A DNA stretch of 64,000 bases from Balanoglossus misakiensis (lineage: Eukaryota; Animalia; Hemichordata): contig CM082576.2 of the NCBI GenBank assembly GCA_040954595.2, forward strand, positions 10,357,129-10,421,128. Direction: 5' to 3'. Shown in pieces: positions 27,166-64,000 of the stretch. A program made the translations under genes and the position numbers. Every line of letters starts with the position of its first letter. Within the stretch, counting starts at the first letter, position 1. A model generated the notes under the pieces. The model had not been told where the DNA came from and ran no database searches. It worked only from the letters and a program-made list of their open reading frames with translations.

Positions 27166-28670
27166 CAACGTGTGTCTGTGTTTGACACACACGTACTGTG
27201 ACATGTCACATTCAACATGTCTTTAAACATAGCCACTGGAAAACCCTGAAAACAATTTATTGCATTCTTTGGAACACGAAGAAAAACTGTAGATATTGGT
27301 CCACAAACAACTGCCTTGAATATTTCTTACTATTTATAAACAAGATAAAAGGGTATCCCTTCTTTTTTTTCTGGACATATTCAGCTATTTATCCCTCACC
27401 CCTTACTGTATTTCCTTATATATAAAATGTCCTTTGAAGTTTCATTTCAGATGAGATTTGTTCGAATTAGATAGTCATGATAAAATACAAGTCTTTTGCC
27501 TTCAGTGATCGCTGTCCGGACAGCATTTTACGTCTATGCGTTTGCTGTGCCGCTGTATTCTTTCAAACAACTACTGTGCTATTAGCTTCGGCAACTCCAT
27601 GTACTCGCGGACCCACGCTGCCTCCATGTCTTGCATTGGGGGGCTAGGGGGGGGGGAGGGAGCTATTTTGCAGACTCTTCTTCTTGCATCCTGCGACAGT
27701 GTCACCATGGGGACACCTCGTGCCTGCATAGCCCCTGTTTTGTCTTTTTTTGCAAAGCTAGCATCTATCAGGCTCGCGTCGTTTATGGTTTCCCATCATT
27801 CCATTTTCGAATACATTGTCATCGTCTTGCAATCACCACCGAAGTCCCTCCTGTCACGGACCATCCCTTGGCCTTCGAATTCATTCCTTCTCTTCTGGCA
27901 TTCTCTGCAGCCGCTCAGCCCTGAAATCTGTTCGAATTCCACATCCTGGTCAGGCCACCTCTAGCCCTCGTGTCATCCCCATCGCTTGCCTTCCTCGACC
28001 ATCTAGTCATTACATCTCTGGTCAGCCCATCCTTGAGAGCACTCCTACATTTTACCATCTCTCGTTCCCTTTGGTTGGTCATCCTCACCACAGTCTCTCT
28101 ATCATGTGTCCTTACCACTGAACTCACTCTGTCTTCGACAAAGTTTCACTCTCAAACTGCCTCCTCCCTGGCCCAGACCTTCGACCTTTGATAATGTATC
28201 CCCGCACTTGACTTTCCACCAGTCCTATCGCTTTCACATGTACAAACTTTCCGTCAGCAATTCCAGCGCACCACTAGAATGTTGCAGAACGCCAGGAAAC
28301 ACAGAGGACCCACAAATCGAGAGTCCAAGGCACAATTTTGAAGATTAAATGCAGAAATACAAATATCTCTGCTACTGATTAAAAATCCACGTATTGTATT
28401 TGGTTCTAGCAACTTTACGAGTACAGTACAGCACATCTACAAGCAATACTATATGATTGACATCTAAGTTTTAAAATAAACAGCAACTAGGCAGGTGCTG
28501 CTGCTGTCCCCTATGCTTGACCTACGGAGGCCGCTATGAACTCCAAACAGACAAACTAGTTCATCTCTCCGAGATGAATTACCCTGAGGTTGGTCATCTG
28601 AGGAATGTTAAAAAATTCCACATCAAAAGGATCAGTGGCACTGTACATCAAAAAAAAGACCCTTGGTGGA

Positions 28671-28760
28671 CCCTTTCACCCCTTTCCCTGTAAATGGGTG
28701 CAACCAGCCCATTGGATAAACAATGGGTTTAAACCAAGCATCGGCGGTGAAAAGGGGGGT
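28671..28760. mobile_element. Diverged member of the same ~90-bp CCCTTTCACC MITE family, in the probable MLK 3' UTR
   Basis: CCCTTTCACC...GGTGAAAAGGG ends and internal AAACAATGGGTTT similar to 49251-49337. Confidence 0.6.
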
Positions 28761-28937
28761 TGAACTGTTCGTTGAGGAAGGGACAAGATACGGAGGAATC
28801 CAAGCTGCAAAAACCGATACATCAGAATAGTCCACTGCTTTCGATGCACCTTACAGCTTTTTTCCCTCCCTGTCTCTCGTGCATTTGGCAAGTACTTTTT
28901 CTCGTTTTGCTTTTCACACCAAAGTTTTGACAAAAAG

Positions 28938-47248
<18,311 letters not shown>

Positions 47249-47399
47249 CTATCTCCTCAGGAACCGCCCGAGTAACACGCACATCAGCACGCTCAAAGTG
47301 TATATCCTTACGTGAAATCCACAAGGCTACCACCATCGAAAGCGACTTGACTGCGGGGCCGAGCTGCTGACGGTTTCGAAGACACACGTCACCTCTGCG

Positions 47400-63678
<16,279 letters not shown>

Positions 63679-64000
63679 GTGAGTGTTTCTTGTTGTTGCA
63701 TACCTACATGTATCCGGTTTGCTGTGTACGAAAATTGCATACTTTGATTTTATTTTCACGATTTCATGTCAATAAACATGAAAAGAATTTGGAATACCTC
63801 GTAAGAATTGTTACTGTGATTTTAGTTTCATAATGGGAAAGAGTTCAGCAAAAGAAGTGAAAATTAAGGGTTCCAGAGTATTTGCTTCTGGTTGTAGTTT
63901 GCAGTTACACTCTGAATCAGCATCTTTGTTGATCTTCCTCTCAGCCAGCCACCATTTTGAGAAACGTCAGTTCTGTTGACTCTTCCCACAATAAATGCTA

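Noticed and set aside
27796-27798. In-frame TGA between two - strand reading segments (selenocysteine or readthrough?)
   Set aside because: No homology, no recognisable SECIS, and another stop lies shortly upstream.

Overview
Eukaryotic, intron-rich animal DNA, most consistent with a non-vertebrate bilaterian; the species cannot be identified from sequence alone. It holds three spliced genes. (1) The 3' part of an usherin/USH2A orthologue on + (1-22954, about 41 exons): LamG, many FN3 repeats, a di-Cys region, a 3.17-kb GC-rich exon, a TM helix and the terminal PDZ-binding motif DTHL. (2) A complete mixed-lineage kinase (MAP3K9/10/11/21 family) on - (47239-28938, 10 coding exons, 11.5-kb first intron). 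(3) The 5' part of pecanex (PCNX) on + (48085 to the window end). MLK and pecanex are head-to-head across an ~0.85-kb gap with outward-facing YY1 motifs, the same pairing as three human paralogue pairs. Other notable items: a textbook U12 minor-spliceosome intron and two GC-AG introns; a non-coding double-hairpin element with ssDNA-folding signatures (GCA triloop, three tandem GA/GA mismatches, TTATAA spacers); several MITE families; and a candidate furin site in the usherin ectodomain. No RNA genes, CRISPR arrays or prokaryotic systems were seen. Exon boundaries were read by eye.
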